Origin: Tubiluchus corallicola
Taxonomy: Eukaryota; Animalia; Priapulida
Reading direction: 5' to 3'
DNA length: 64,000 nucleotides
NCBI GenBank assembly: GCA_030141605.1
Contig: JAQGDQ010002404.1
Coordinates: forward strand, 16,984-80,983
In this document: positions 11,108-22,278 of the stretch, one piece after another
Position numbering within the stretch: position 1 is the first letter of the stretch
How the letters are laid out: each line of letters starts with the position of its first letter
Translations under genes and position numbers: made by a program
Notes under the pieces: generated by a model
The model's database searches: none
What the model saw: the letters and a program-made list of their open reading frames with translations, nothing else
What the model was told of the DNA's origin: nothing

Positions 11108-11957
11108 TGTAAATCTTCAGCTTAATTCGGACAAATTGGTTTAAAAATTAAGAGAGACATTTCTTACATTATAACCGATAAAAACGAGTAAGATGAAGGC
11201 AAAAAAACAGACTACCGAACAAATGAGTTTAAAGATAAGACCACGCGTGTGCACCAGCAATGGCAAACCGATTTCACCTACTTTAAAATCATTGGATGGG
11301 GCTGGTATTATTTGGCTACCGTAATGGACGATTATTCAAGGTATATCGTCACCTGGGAGCTTTGCCAAAGCATTGAGTCGGCCGATGCCAAGCATGTTAT
11401 TCAAAAGGCTTTACATACGGCCAAAATACCTGCAGGCGATTGTCCCAGGTTACTCTCCGGTAATGGAGCGTGCTACATATCAAACGAGTTTCAGAGCTTT
11501 TTAAAAGATACCAAAATGGGACATGTACGTGGAGCCCCATACCACCCTCAAACACAAGGGAAAATTGAGCGTTACCACCGCACCATGAAAAATCAGGTAA
11601 AGTTGGATAACTACTACTTTCCTGATGAACTAATGACGGTTCTACAGGAGTTTGTATATAATTACAACAACCACCGGTATCATGAATCACTCAAGAATGT
11701 TACACCTGCCGACGTGTATTTTGGAAGGCAAAAACAGTTACTGGGCAATCGTGAAAACATTAAAATAAAAACGCTAAATGAAAGAAGAAAAAGGAATCAG
11801 AAAATCGCAGTGTATCACTTTTGATTTATTGAAAACTCTGCGAGTTTCCAACAAGTCAACAGGTGAATTATCATCACCATAAAAAAGAGAATTTGAATTA
11901 TAAAACTATCTCTTAACTTTAAGCATCAATTTGTCCAATAAGTTTTGAAGTTAAACA
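11108..11957 (+). mobile_element. Internally deleted IS3-family element (850 bp)
   Basis: TGT...ACA ends with imperfect IR (shared GGACAAATTG core). OrfA start MKAKKQTTEQ (11193) is joined directly to integrase-core sequence. Confidence 0.8.
11249..11824 (+). pseudogene. IS3-family transposase, rve/DDE core fragment
   Basis: WQTDFTY, DDYSRYI, HPQTQGKIER, YN..RYHESL...TP; second catalytic Asp replaced (LLSGNG instead of LLSDNG). Confidence 0.88.
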
Positions 11958-11959
11958 GG

Positions 11960-12358
11960 TACAAAAGAACCAAAAAATCGAGCCTTTAAGGGCATTCCTT
12001 GTTTTTCGCTGTTTTCTTGTTAAGAGCTTTTAGTAGTGGCGGTTGTGTTTCAAGGTTTTTCTTTACGTTCTTTTGTTTTGATACAAAAGAACCAAAAAAT
12101 CGAGCCTTTAAGGGCATTCCTTGTTTTTCGCTGTTTTCTTGTTAAGAGCTTTTAGTAGTGGCGGTTGTGTTTCAAGGTTTTTCTTTACGTTCTTTTGTTT
12201 TGATACAAAAGAACCAAAAAATCGAGCCTTTAAGGGCATTCCTTGTTTTTCGCTGTTTTCTTGTTAAGAGTTTTTAGTAGTGGCGGTTGTGTTTCAAGGG
12301 GAGCTTATGTTCTTTTGTTTTGATAGAAAAGAGGCAAAAAATCAAGCTTTTAAGGGCA
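11960..12358. repeat. Tandem array of a 122-bp unit (~3.3 copies) containing a REP-like palindrome
   Basis: Units start at 11960, 12082 and 12204, with a degenerate fourth at ~12324. Complete units carry the GTTCTTTTGT-n6-ACAAAAGAAC 10-bp stem. Confidence 0.95.
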
Positions 12359-12380
12359 GTTTTATTTTTTATTGAGTTTT

Positions 12381-14720
12381 TTACTGTTTTGCTTCCGGAA
12401 AAGCCTGATTTTTCCTGTTTCCAATAAAGAATTGAACTTTTTCTTCATTCCCTTGTTCATCTGTTACGAGAAGCTTGTGCCATCCTGCGTCAGTTTCTAT
12501 TGCTTTTGAGTGTTTCCCAATGGTGTTTCCCAGGTATATATCATCAAGGTACCAGAACACATTTTTCTGGGGGGATGTGTGGGCTATTTTTGATATTAGT
12601 TTTTGGCTTTCCCCTCCGAAATCTCTTGGTATCCATATATATGAAGAGTCTTTGGGGTATATAAAGGTCATCTGTTTTGAGATTTTTCTATTTTCGCAGC
12701 TTGGGTTATGTTCAGGTGTGCCATCTAAAACTCTGCCACGGGCTTTTAGCTGATGTAACACATCGGGCGGGTATGATAGTATCTTTTTTTCGTAGTACCC
12801 TTTTCCCCAGCAGTATGAGCACACCGAGTACTTTTCTTCTCTATCTACATATACTGCTTTGTGGAAAGGGCAGAGTCTAAGTGGCTGCATATAAATAGGT
12901 ACGTCGACCTGTTCTTTTTCCGGGCAGTTCTGTCCTGCAAGGAACCCGGTTTTTTTACAGATGTTGATTTGAGCAAAGTCATCGTAGTTTTTATTGAACC
13001 GGTATGATCCTTTATTGGGGAGGTTGTTGAGTATATCGAATAGCAGTGATCCGGCACTGACTGTTCCCGATAGCCTGGGATTTCCTTCTCCATCGAAGTT
13101 ACCTACCCAAACAGCTATTGTCCACTCCGGTAAGACACCTATTGCCCATGCATCTTTGTGTCCATAGCTTGTTCCTGTTTTCCATGCGATTGGTTTTTGA
13201 TGTTGATATTTTCTCCAGTTGTATTCCACTCCCGGCCTTTTTAGGTCTCTAAGCGCTTGCAATGTTATATAGCATGCTCCCGGGCTTATCAACTGCTGTG
13301 CATTTGTCCGCATCATTACCGAGTCTTGATCCCGGTATATGATTGGCGTAAAGACTCCTCTATTTGCCAATCCTCTGTAGAGCTTGGTCATGTCTAACAG
13401 GTTCACTTCTGCCCCTCCTATTATTAAAGGCAGGCCGTACTCTTCTGCTTCTCTAAATAGTGTTGTTACTCCCGCTTCTTTGAGAAAGGTATAAAACTGG
13501 TATACTCCATATGTGTTTAGGAGCCTGACAGATGGCACATTCAGAGACTTTATTAATGACTCCTGTGCCGTTACTATGCCGTTAAACTTTTTATCGGCAT
13601 TGCTTGGTGAGAATGCGTTAAAGTAGGTTGGCACATCTTTTATTAGTGTTTTTGGTACTATTATTCCCTCGTCAATAGAGAGTCCATATAAGAAGGGTTT
13701 TAAGATTGAACCTGACGAGCGGGGCGCTACTACTCCATTGACCTGGCCTAATGCATCGAAGTCAAAGAAATTCTGTGACCCCACATAGGCTTTTATTTTT
13801 CCGGTTTTTGTTTCTGTAACCAATACGGCAGCGTTTTTTATCCCTTCATTGCGGATTTTTTTTACATGTAGCCTGGTGAGCTCCTGCACACGGTTTTGCA
13901 GGCCTAGGTTTAAGGTTGTCCTGATTGTTTTTTGCCTCGGATACCTGTTTTTCACATATCGTGAAAAGTGTGGTGCGGCAAGGTCAAAGGGGTAGATTTT
14001 ATAAGGTATTGGTTCCAATACGGCAAGTTCAAATATTTTTTTGTCAATTACACCTTTCTTTAACAGTTTACTCAGAAGCCTATCTCTTTTTTCTTTTACC
14101 TGTTTATTGTTTCCGGAGGGGAATATTATTCCTGGTGCGTTTGGCAAAATAGCCAGTGTGGCGGCTTCTGCCCAGCTCAGTTCTTTCGGTTTTTTCTCAA
14201 AATATCTGTATGATGCTGCCTGGTAGCCCTTAATGTTTGCTCCGTACGGGGCGTGGTCCAGGTAGAGTTTTAGTATTTCATCTTTTGTGTAATGTACTTC
14301 TATTTTTACGGCCTGGCATATCTCCTTTATTTTGCTCCAGTAGTTTCTTTTATTCGCACTTCTCAAGCGTGCAACCTGCATAGTGATAGTGCTTGCTCCG
14401 CTAACCACTCTTTTTTGGGACAGGTTCTGTTTTATTGCCCTTAAGATTGAAGCGGGGTTAAATCCGGGGTGGTAGTAGAAGTGCTTATCTTCAAACAGAA
14501 GTACCGCTTCCTGTAGTTTGCGAGGTACGCTATCCTCCGCTCTGGGAGGCAGGCACCACTGTTCATTTTCATTCAGAAAGACCCTTAATATTTTCCCTTG
14601 CTCATCGGTAACAACTACGCTGTAATCGGTTTTAAAAAGCGGGGGAGGGAAGGGTTTTATTAAATAAAACACAACCAGTAAGACCAAGGCTACAAAAAGC
14701 CTGATACTCCATCTCTTCAC
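12381..14720 (-). CDS. pbpC: Penicillin-binding protein 1C
   Basis: EDKHFYYHPG, GASTITMQVAR, SILK, SLN, KTG motifs and PBP1C C-terminal domain; adjacent to alpha-2-macroglobulin. Confidence 0.95.
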   Translation of the reverse strand: MKRWSIRLFVALVLLVVFYLIKPFPPPLFKTDYSVVVTDEQGKILRVFLNENEQWCLPPRAEDSVPRKLQEAVLLFEDKHFYYHPGFNPASILRAIKQNLSQKRVVSGASTITMQVARLRSANKRNYWSKIKEICQAVKIEVHYTKDEILKLYLDHAPYGANIKGYQAASYRYFEKKPKELSWAEAATLAILPNAPGIIFPSGNNKQVKEKRDRLLSKLLKKGVIDKKIFELAVLEPIPYKIYPFDLAAPHFSRYVKNRYPRQKTIRTTLNLGLQNRVQELTRLHVKKIRNEGIKNAAVLVTETKTGKIKAYVGSQNFFDFDALGQVNGVVAPRSSGSILKPFLYGLSIDEGIIVPKTLIKDVPTYFNAFSPSNADKKFNGIVTAQESLIKSLNVPSVRLLNTYGVYQFYTFLKEAGVTTLFREAEEYGLPLIIGGAEVNLLDMTKLYRGLANRGVFTPIIYRDQDSVMMRTNAQQLISPGACYITLQALRDLKRPGVEYNWRKYQHQKPIAWKTGTSYGHKDAWAIGVLPEWTIAVWVGNFDGEGNPRLSGTVSAGSLLFDILNNLPNKGSYRFNKNYDDFAQINICKKTGFLAGQNCPEKEQVDVPIYMQPLRLCPFHKAVYVDREEKYSVCSYCWGKGYYEKKILSYPPDVLHQLKARGRVLDGTPEHNPSCENRKISKQMTFIYPKDSSYIWIPRDFGGESQKLISKIAHTSPQKNVFWYLDDIYLGNTIGKHSKAIETDAGWHKLLVTDEQGNEEKVQFFIGNRKNQAFPEAKQ

Positions 14721-14746
14721 CTAAATAAAAAATTATATTGTTCTTT

Positions 14747-17700
14747 CTATTTTATTACTTTAACTTTTTTACCTGCTTTGGTAGCTTTAAATGATTCGTT
14801 ATACATAGCTTCAACCAGTGTTGGCGCCAATTCGAACTCTCCAATTGTTACAGCATTTATTTTTACAATAAAGTCCAGTTTCTTCTTCTTCTCTATATTC
14901 TTATGTATGTCGAAGAACCACATAACTCTGTCGTCCCTGATATCAAGGTATTTTTCGTTATATAGGTTCATTCTTTCTGTCCATGCAGGCATTGACTCAC
15001 CAGACAGGCGAGTGTTTTCTATTTCCCAGCCTGACGGTAATATCTGAACTAGAGCCACTTCGTCAACACGCTTTAGCGTGCTTATGTTTTCAACCTGGAA
15101 GTGTCCCCAAAATGCTGTTCCCTGGTTAATCTGAGTAATATCGATTCCTTTCCCTTCCTCGTCATACCATTTTACATTTAATGAGAGGTTGCTATTTTCA
15201 TCTTTTATATCACTTTTAAAAGGAACTCCATCCCACGCAAGTGTGGTAAAGGCTTTTGCTACGTCCGATTTTTCATCGAGCGAAATCTGTATTGGTTTGC
15301 CAAAACCATTTTGTAATCTGTACGTGTAGGTTTTTTCCGTTTTAAAAGGCACTTCTGTGCCATCGGCAAATGTTATGTGCCCTTTTAGCTCTGCTTTTTC
15401 GCTTCCTTTTTGCAGTGCTGTTATGTATTTCCCAATCCCCAACAGGGTGTAGCCGATGGTTTGTGTGGAGTACCAATCGCTTGCTGATATGTATTTTGAT
15501 ATGTCTCGCGCCAACTCTTCTGCCTGCTCCATTTTATTTAGAGAAACGAGTGCGTCCAGAATCATGCCCTTGTCTCTTAGCCCCGATCCGTAGGTGCCTG
15601 AGAACTCCTGATAGTTGTCGGTTTCCATACCTGCATCTTTGACAATTTCACTGACTTTATCGGGCAGTCCTGCCAAATGGTATGATGCTGCCAACAGCCA
15701 TTTCTGAACATTGTTCATTTTGTGCAGTCTGTTCTCTCTCAATAGGTTCATTTCACTATTTGCCGGTTTTCCAGCCAGCGCAAGAGTGTAAGCTCTGTAT
15801 ACTCTTGAGGTTAAGTTTCCACTACCCTGACGGGCCATTTTGCTTGTGTATCCTAACCAGTTTCTATACAGGTCTTCTGTGACATGGTATCCCAGTTTTT
15901 TTGCTTCTACCATAAAGTGTCCTCCATAAAGTGTTCCCCATTCAGAGGGGGTATCTTCATAGGGCCAGTAACTAAATCCCCCGGAGAATATCTGAAATTT
16001 GCGTAACTGCTGAATTCCTGCATTGATGTTTTTGTCTATATCTTTTGTGTCGGCTTCCGAGTAATCTACAAACTGTTTGATGTATAGCTGCGGGAACACT
16101 GATGATGTTGTTTGCTCTATGCAGCCGTAAGGGTAGTGGATCAGATATTTTAGTCTGTGGTCGATACTTATTCCGGGATAATTTGAAATCGTTATGGTTG
16201 CTCTATTGGTGCCTTTTAATCCATCATCCGGCACGTATAGAGTGGCTGTTTTACCTGATTCAACACTGCTATTAAATGATTTATATATTCTTGGTGATGC
16301 CGGTCTGACATACAGGTCTACCAGGTATTCTGCCTTATGTTTTGCTGACCTTGCTCTTATTTTTACTTTAGTTTGCCCTACCTGCTCTTTGGCTTTTATG
16401 GTAAAGTAGCACTCTTTATCGTCAGCTTTTTTAAACTGCATCTTTCGGCTGTCTGCTCCTTCTATTTCCAGGAGCTCTTCTGTAGCTATATCTACCTCTA
16501 CATTACCTATTCCATCTTCCATTGCAAATACCGATACAGGAACGGTAAACTTTTCTCCTGGCCCTATCACGCGTGGCAGTGTGGGCATTACCATTAATTC
16601 CGACTTTACCGGTACTCTTTTTTCCGCTTTGGCATAGCTCTTTTTTCTTGCACCTATCACCATTATTCTTACTGATCCCACATAGTTTGGCATATCAAAC
16701 CTAACAACAGCTTTCCCACTTGCATCTGTGTCAACAGGGCCTTTAAATAGGCTTACAGGTTTAAACCTTCGCTGTCGTTTTTTGTTACCTAGCTGCGACT
16801 CTCTGTAGTCCATATCTCCTCCTATTGAGAAGGTTTTAAAGACATCTCCCTTATTTGCTGATATAATGTGGGAGAAGAGGTCAAATGTCCGGGTTTCCAA
16901 TCGTACTTTAGAAAAGAAGTGTGGCCACGGGTCAGGGGTTTTGAAGTTTGTGATGTCCAGCAGTCCTTCATCTACTACAGCAATGGTAAACTGGGTTGGC
17001 TCCCGGTCTTTTGTTTGTAATGTGATTTCAAATGGTTTTTCTGGGAGGAATTTAGTCGCTGTTTTTATTTCAATTTCGTGTTTGGAATCTCTGTTTTCAA
17101 CCAATATGGGTAGTATGCCAAACATTCTAATAGGCCTGTCATTTTCTGTTTGTTTGTGCGGCTGTATAAGCGATACCGTGATATATGCATTGGGTACCAT
17201 TTTTTCTGTAGCGGGTATTTTAACTTCAGTCAGGTCTTCTCCTTTTGGTGATACCCATGTGTTGTACAGTATTTCTCCTCCTTTTTCAACAGTTATCAGA
17301 GCTATTCCCTCTTTTGGGGCAGGGAATTGAACTTTGATATGCTCATTTGTGTAGTACTTGTTCTTTTGGGAGCTTAGTTCCAGTGTGCCAGCACTTTTAT
17401 CTTCCCCACCTGAGCTACCGTATTTATAGGCTGTTACAAAGATACCTGACGTGTGTCCCGTTCCTTCTTCATCGGTTACTTCAATTAAAAATGTGCCACG
17501 TTCTATTGGCAAGAATTTTATGATACTATGTGTTGTTTTGGAGTTGACACTCCCTTCTCCTATCAACACTGTGTTTTTATCTGATTTAAAGCGTAGTTTT
17601 TTATCGTATTGCCACCACCAATGCTCAGTGTTTCGGTATATTCGATATTTCAGTGATCTTCCTGCCACAGGTTTTCCTTCAGGCGTAACAATAATAGCCG

Positions 17701-20179
17701 GTACTTCAAGGTTGCTCCCTGTCGGTATGTAGTGGTACTTTGGCGGTTGTATTCCTACGTAGTGGGAGTATGGTTCATATGGTAAGAATGAGATGTTTTC
17801 GTTTGGTCTGCCCCCTTTTTCCATGACCTTACCGGTTACTTTTACCATTAGTGCTGATGGTGCGTTTGAGACATCTGGCAGGTTCCACTCGGTAAGTTTT
17901 TTCCCGTTATTATCAAGTTCTCCTTCAAATATTGTTTGCTCAATAGGCTGAAAATCGACACTGGGATTTGTAAATACAAAGCTATCATACTTTTTGAATC
18001 TCTTTTTTATGCTAAATATTTCTGTGTCAATCCGGGCTTTAAGTCCGGCAGCAGGATTTCCGAACAGGTAAGTGCTGCTCAAGTCCAAATTGAAGGTTGT
18101 CTTGTTCCACGCAATAAACTGCTGCTCCGGCTCAATTTTAATTTTTAAGCGGTACGGGACAACCGTTTCAATTTTTATTGTATGGGTAAACTCTTTATTA
18201 CCAATACGAAACACTGCTCTCCAGTTTCCTGTCGGATCGGACTCTTTTGTCTGTACTTTAAAGTTGTAAAATCCATCCTTGCTTTGCTTGTTTGTTACTT
18301 CATATATTTTTTTACCTTGCGGATTGATCATTTCAATTGTGAGAGGGTGATTTCTTGGGTAGCTTCGTTTGGTAAAGCGGGCTATTATTGAGATGTTTAT
18401 CTCGTCACCAGGTCTGTACACACCTCTTTCTGTATATGTGTATGCTTTGATGCCTGAGTTATGCTCACTGATTCCCCCGGTGTCAAATCCTGATGTGTTC
18501 CACTCCATATCATTAGGCTTTATGACACTTTGCTGGCCATCTTTTTCTGCTGTTATGTAGTAGTTGAAATATCTTTCCCCGTACAGTGTTGCTATTCCAT
18601 CACTGTCTGTGTTTGCTGTTGATTTTGTATCGCCATAGATTGATATTAGTTTGACTCTTACTCCCTGCATGGGTTTTGCTGTAGCGATGTCTGTTGCGTA
18701 TACTTTATAGTTGTTTTTTATTTTCTTGCATGTCAGTCCTATATCGCTAAAGAGCAGCGGTTTATAGATTTGTCCGTATTTTTCTATGTATTTATCGTAG
18801 TTCCCGCTTTCTATTTCTGTCAGCATATCTCGCGGGTTAAAGTTCAGGCGCACCAAGTAGAGCCCTTTGTGATTTTTACGGATCAACTTTGATAAGTCTA
18901 TTTCATTTAGTTTCCATACGTTTTTTTCTTCGCCTATTTCAAAGGTCTCATTGTGCACTATAACTCCTACCTGGTTGACGTATTTTGCATTAAAGGGAGC
19001 TTTTCTATCAGACAGGCTTTTCAGCTGTTCATTTCTCAAAAACTTCGGGATACTATTTGCATACACTTTTTTTACTTCAACATGGACTCTTTTTAAGTTG
19101 TTTGTGTGAAACTGAAGCCTATACTGGTTTCCACTGGGCAGAAAAATACCACTGGATGCAAATTCTACCTGTGGCTCCATATTTGCGAAGGTTATCTTTT
19201 GGGTATATTTCTTTTCTGTTACTGTCCCCCATCTATTTTTTATTCCTTTTTCAACTATTAGTTTATAGTTTTCTCCAGCCCGGAAATTCCCGTCTATTAT
19301 TAGGGAGCTTCCCATTCTTTGAATTTTCAGGTTTGATACCGGGATTGTTTTTATTAGCCCGTCAATGTTTTGCTCGGGGTCAAATTCATCAGAGAAGTGC
19401 AGCCTTATTTTAGGGGATTTTCCCTTATCTTCTCTACTTACCTTAGTCAGTTCCATTGATCCTAATGGGCTGATTTCAAAAGATTTTTTAAAGTTTTTTG
19501 GTAAGCCTGTCTTTTTTTTACGTATGGTAAGTGTATAGTTGTCTGTGCTGCTTTTGCGAAGCAGATCACCCGATATATAGTTGAATGTTTTTCCATCTGG
19601 CTCTGCTGTTATTTTGACTTCAACTGCTTTTTTCCCTTTTTTTAGCTCCAGGGCTTTTTCGACTGTTTTCAGGTCAATTGATTCTGTAAAGCTGACTATC
19701 CCTATGTATTGCAATATTTCTCTGTTATTGCTATTTTTCAAAATCAGTTTTCCATCGAATTTTGCAATTTCCCTTCCTGCAATTCTGAACCTAAATTCAA
19801 TGGATCCCAAATTTTCATCTTTGAATTTCTCATTCAGTTCTGATAGAATCAGTTTTCCATTAAATGTTTTTCTATAGGGTAGGTCTCCTACAGGTCTAAA
19901 TACTATTGTGTTTCTGCTTTTCCAGTATGCTACGCCTCTTATGGATGGCGAAATCTTAAAGGCCCCTTTTACTACACTGCCTACCTCTTCTGCTTCTACT
20001 ACCGGTTCAATAAATTGTACCTCTATTAAGTCACCACTTTGAATTTCTCCACTAGTTACTGTATTTACTATTTTTGCAACCTCTTCGGAGTATATTACAT
20101 CTCCTTCTTTTTCTCTCTCTTTGCATGATATTAGCAGAACAGTCAGTACTGTGCACAAGATTAGCGCTGTTTTTCTCAT
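14747..20179 (-). CDS. Bacterial alpha-2-macroglobulin lipoprotein
   Basis: Lipobox LISC, ERGVYRPG, AVVDEG, thioester motif YPYGCIEQ, VEAMY; 1810 aa. Confidence 0.95.
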   Translation of the reverse strand: MRKTALILCTVLTVLLISCKEREKEGDVIYSEEVAKIVNTVTSGEIQSGDLIEVQFIEPVVEAEEVGSVVKGAFKISPSIRGVAYWKSRNTIVFRPVGDLPYRKTFNGKLILSELNEKFKDENLGSIEFRFRIAGREIAKFDGKLILKNSNNREILQYIGIVSFTESIDLKTVEKALELKKGKKAVEVKITAEPDGKTFNYISGDLLRKSSTDNYTLTIRKKKTGLPKNFKKSFEISPLGSMELTKVSREDKGKSPKIRLHFSDEFDPEQNIDGLIKTIPVSNLKIQRMGSSLIIDGNFRAGENYKLIVEKGIKNRWGTVTEKKYTQKITFANMEPQVEFASSGIFLPSGNQYRLQFHTNNLKRVHVEVKKVYANSIPKFLRNEQLKSLSDRKAPFNAKYVNQVGVIVHNETFEIGEEKNVWKLNEIDLSKLIRKNHKGLYLVRLNFNPRDMLTEIESGNYDKYIEKYGQIYKPLLFSDIGLTCKKIKNNYKVYATDIATAKPMQGVRVKLISIYGDTKSTANTDSDGIATLYGERYFNYYITAEKDGQQSVIKPNDMEWNTSGFDTGGISEHNSGIKAYTYTERGVYRPGDEINISIIARFTKRSYPRNHPLTIEMINPQGKKIYEVTNKQSKDGFYNFKVQTKESDPTGNWRAVFRIGNKEFTHTIKIETVVPYRLKIKIEPEQQFIAWNKTTFNLDLSSTYLFGNPAAGLKARIDTEIFSIKKRFKKYDSFVFTNPSVDFQPIEQTIFEGELDNNGKKLTEWNLPDVSNAPSALMVKVTGKVMEKGGRPNENISFLPYEPYSHYVGIQPPKYHYIPTGSNLEVPAIIVTPEGKPVAGRSLKYRIYRNTEHWWWQYDKKLRFKSDKNTVLIGEGSVNSKTTHSIIKFLPIERGTFLIEVTDEEGTGHTSGIFVTAYKYGSSGGEDKSAGTLELSSQKNKYYTNEHIKVQFPAPKEGIALITVEKGGEILYNTWVSPKGEDLTEVKIPATEKMVPNAYITVSLIQPHKQTENDRPIRMFGILPILVENRDSKHEIEIKTATKFLPEKPFEITLQTKDREPTQFTIAVVDEGLLDITNFKTPDPWPHFFSKVRLETRTFDLFSHIISANKGDVFKTFSIGGDMDYRESQLGNKKRQRRFKPVSLFKGPVDTDASGKAVVRFDMPNYVGSVRIMVIGARKKSYAKAEKRVPVKSELMVMPTLPRVIGPGEKFTVPVSVFAMEDGIGNVEVDIATEELLEIEGADSRKMQFKKADDKECYFTIKAKEQVGQTKVKIRARSAKHKAEYLVDLYVRPASPRIYKSFNSSVESGKTATLYVPDDGLKGTNRATITISNYPGISIDHRLKYLIHYPYGCIEQTTSSVFPQLYIKQFVDYSEADTKDIDKNINAGIQQLRKFQIFSGGFSYWPYEDTPSEWGTLYGGHFMVEAKKLGYHVTEDLYRNWLGYTSKMARQGSGNLTSRVYRAYTLALAGKPANSEMNLLRENRLHKMNNVQKWLLAASYHLAGLPDKVSEIVKDAGMETDNYQEFSGTYGSGLRDKGMILDALVSLNKMEQAEELARDISKYISASDWYSTQTIGYTLLGIGKYITALQKGSEKAELKGHITFADGTEVPFKTEKTYTYRLQNGFGKPIQISLDEKSDVAKAFTTLAWDGVPFKSDIKDENSNLSLNVKWYDEEGKGIDITQINQGTAFWGHFQVENISTLKRVDEVALVQILPSGWEIENTRLSGESMPAWTERMNLYNEKYLDIRDDRVMWFFDIHKNIEKKKKLDFIVKINAVTIGEFELAPTLVEAMYNESFKATKAGKKVKVIK

Positions 20180-20421
20180 TGGGTATGATTTAATATAATA
20201 TTATAGTACATTACATTACATGTTAACAAAGTAAGGTTAAAACCTTAGCGAAACTTATTTTATTAATATTTATATCATTTTTTTTAAGAGTAATTTACTA
20301 TCGATTTTTTTCTTAACCTGAGCCCAGTTGGGATATTTTTGCTTGTATAGCGCAGTGCTTAAATATTTGAATAAGTGCTATCCCTCCTGCTGCTTTTTGG
20401 TGTTCTAACCGGATATAGTTT

Positions 20422-22278
20422 TTATTCTATAATTAAATTTCTGTTTTTAGGATATTTAACTGAGTATCTTAAATCAAATTCTTTTTTGTCATTTGGATTG
20501 AGATTAAACTCCCATTTTATTTTACCTGTTTCGGGGTCATGTTTTGCGTTAGATAAGTTTTGGATCTTTACTTCTATTTCCTTTGTTGTTGAAACAGGAA
20601 CCTGGTCAAGGATAATCATATCAATTTTTTGGCTTTTGCTATTCCTTACTGTTATTTTCCATGCCATGCTATCTTCTTTTTTACTGCCAATAGATTGTTT
20701 ATTTGTAAACTCTTTGATTTTTTCTCTATTTACAGATACTTTTTTATCTCGTCCTAACGATATTCCCAGAGTATCTGAAGCATATCTTACATCCAACAGG
20801 GCCTTGCCGATATAGGTGTCTTCAAAAAATAGGTTGGCTTCTCCTTCAAGAAGGCTGTATTGTTCCCAGTCTGTGATATTTGCTATTAGGAAGGCATTTT
20901 TGTCAATTTTTGGTACACAATAGTATTGGTAGAATGCAGGGAGGTTATAGAACTCCATGTCTACTGTGTAGTTTTTATTATCTGATGCAATGGTGTATGG
21001 GGTTTTGATTTCAAAGTCAACTGTTGTCTGTTTTTCAACCTGGGCTGTAGGTATTGCTGAGCTGCTCACACTTTGTAGTTTTGTTTCCGATTCAGCTGAA
21101 CTGTCAACAGCGTGCAGTGGCTCCATGTATTCCTTTTTCATTTTCAAGGTTGCAGTATGCCTGTTTCTACCATCAAGTGCGACATTCATTACTGCACCGG
21201 AAATCGGTAGGGTTTGAGGGTTAAACCCAATGCATGAATAGGTGAGTTGGATTGTGTGATTGGGAATTGTTATGGTGTAGTCTCCACCCTGGTCTGTTGT
21301 GGTACCTATTGTTGTGCCATGTACAACAACAGTTGCACCCGGTAATGGTTCTCCATAATTATCAGTTACTTTTCCACTTACATTATTAGCACCCGGTTTG
21401 TAGGTTGGCGGTAATGTGTTATAACCCAGGAAGTGGGTTTTTAGTTCGGGAGCAACTCCTGATACATTTGGGTTAGCGGACGAAAGTTTAAGTTTTACAT
21501 TTTTCCAGTCAACTTTTGTGTTTTGCTTGACATTAGCTTTGTATATTAACTGAATCGGTTCGCTTATGTTTTTTGCTCGAATGTCGTATGAGGGAAACCA
21601 TCCGGCATTATCGACGATATATGAGATTTCAAATGAAAATATACCGGTTTTTTTAGTATCTACTTTAACCAGTATTTCTCCGGCAGGAATTTTTTTTTGG
21701 ACAGTCAGAGCCCTGATTTGGTTTTGCAGGTCTGTTCTCTGATTATTAAGCTCTTTTATTGTTTTGTTATGTTCAATTTCCGATAGTTTCAGAGATGTTA
21801 GTTTTTCATTATAAAATTTTGATGTTTGCTGAAGGTTTGTAACACTGATTTGTTCATTTTTACCGCCAATGTTCCTGTTCTCGTGTAGGAAAGCCAATTC
21901 TTCCTTAATAACCGATAGGTGTGTGTATTCGATTTTCACCTTATTTTCAATCTCTTCAAGCCTGTTCTCCATATCCAGCAATTCTTTGGGTTTTTGGAGC
22001 TTGTCTAGGTAGTTTTGCTGGTGGTTTACTGATAAGATAGTTATTCCCCCTTCAGCTTTTACCTGAACGCTTTTGTGGTCAATGAAGGGGGAGAGGTTTA
22101 TATATTTAAGTGTTGTGGTTCCTTTTGCCAGGTTAACATGTTTTTTCCTTACAATTTGAGCTCCTTCAATGAATATTGTTACATTGTCTATCCTAGTTTC
22201 GACTTCTTTTTCTGTTATTTCCTGTGAAAGCAGCTTGGTGAAAGCTAGGCAAAGGGCTAAAATACTTATTGTTTTCAT
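20422..22278 (-). CDS. DUF4140/DUF4139 (MuiA-like) protein with carboxypeptidase-regulatory-like domain
   Basis: VTIF..GAQI, AGWFPSYDIRA, GEPLPGATVVVHGTTIGT, LLEGEANLFFE, SLGRD. Confidence 0.88.
   Translation of the reverse strand: MKTISILALCLAFTKLLSQEITEKEVETRIDNVTIFIEGAQIVRKKHVNLAKGTTTLKYINLSPFIDHKSVQVKAEGGITILSVNHQQNYLDKLQKPKELLDMENRLEEIENKVKIEYTHLSVIKEELAFLHENRNIGGKNEQISVTNLQQTSKFYNEKLTSLKLSEIEHNKTIKELNNQRTDLQNQIRALTVQKKIPAGEILVKVDTKKTGIFSFEISYIVDNAGWFPSYDIRAKNISEPIQLIYKANVKQNTKVDWKNVKLKLSSANPNVSGVAPELKTHFLGYNTLPPTYKPGANNVSGKVTDNYGEPLPGATVVVHGTTIGTTTDQGGDYTITIPNHTIQLTYSCIGFNPQTLPISGAVMNVALDGRNRHTATLKMKKEYMEPLHAVDSSAESETKLQSVSSSAIPTAQVEKQTTVDFEIKTPYTIASDNKNYTVDMEFYNLPAFYQYYCVPKIDKNAFLIANITDWEQYSLLEGEANLFFEDTYIGKALLDVRYASDTLGISLGRDKKVSVNREKIKEFTNKQSIGSKKEDSMAWKITVRNSKSQKIDMIILDQVPVSTTKEIEVKIQNLSNAKHDPETGKIKWEFNLNPNDKKEFDLRYSVKYPKNRNLIIE

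Noticed and set aside
11960-12358. CRISPR array
   Set aside because: Sequences between the palindromes are identical rather than unique spacers, the 122-bp period is too long, and no cas genes are present.
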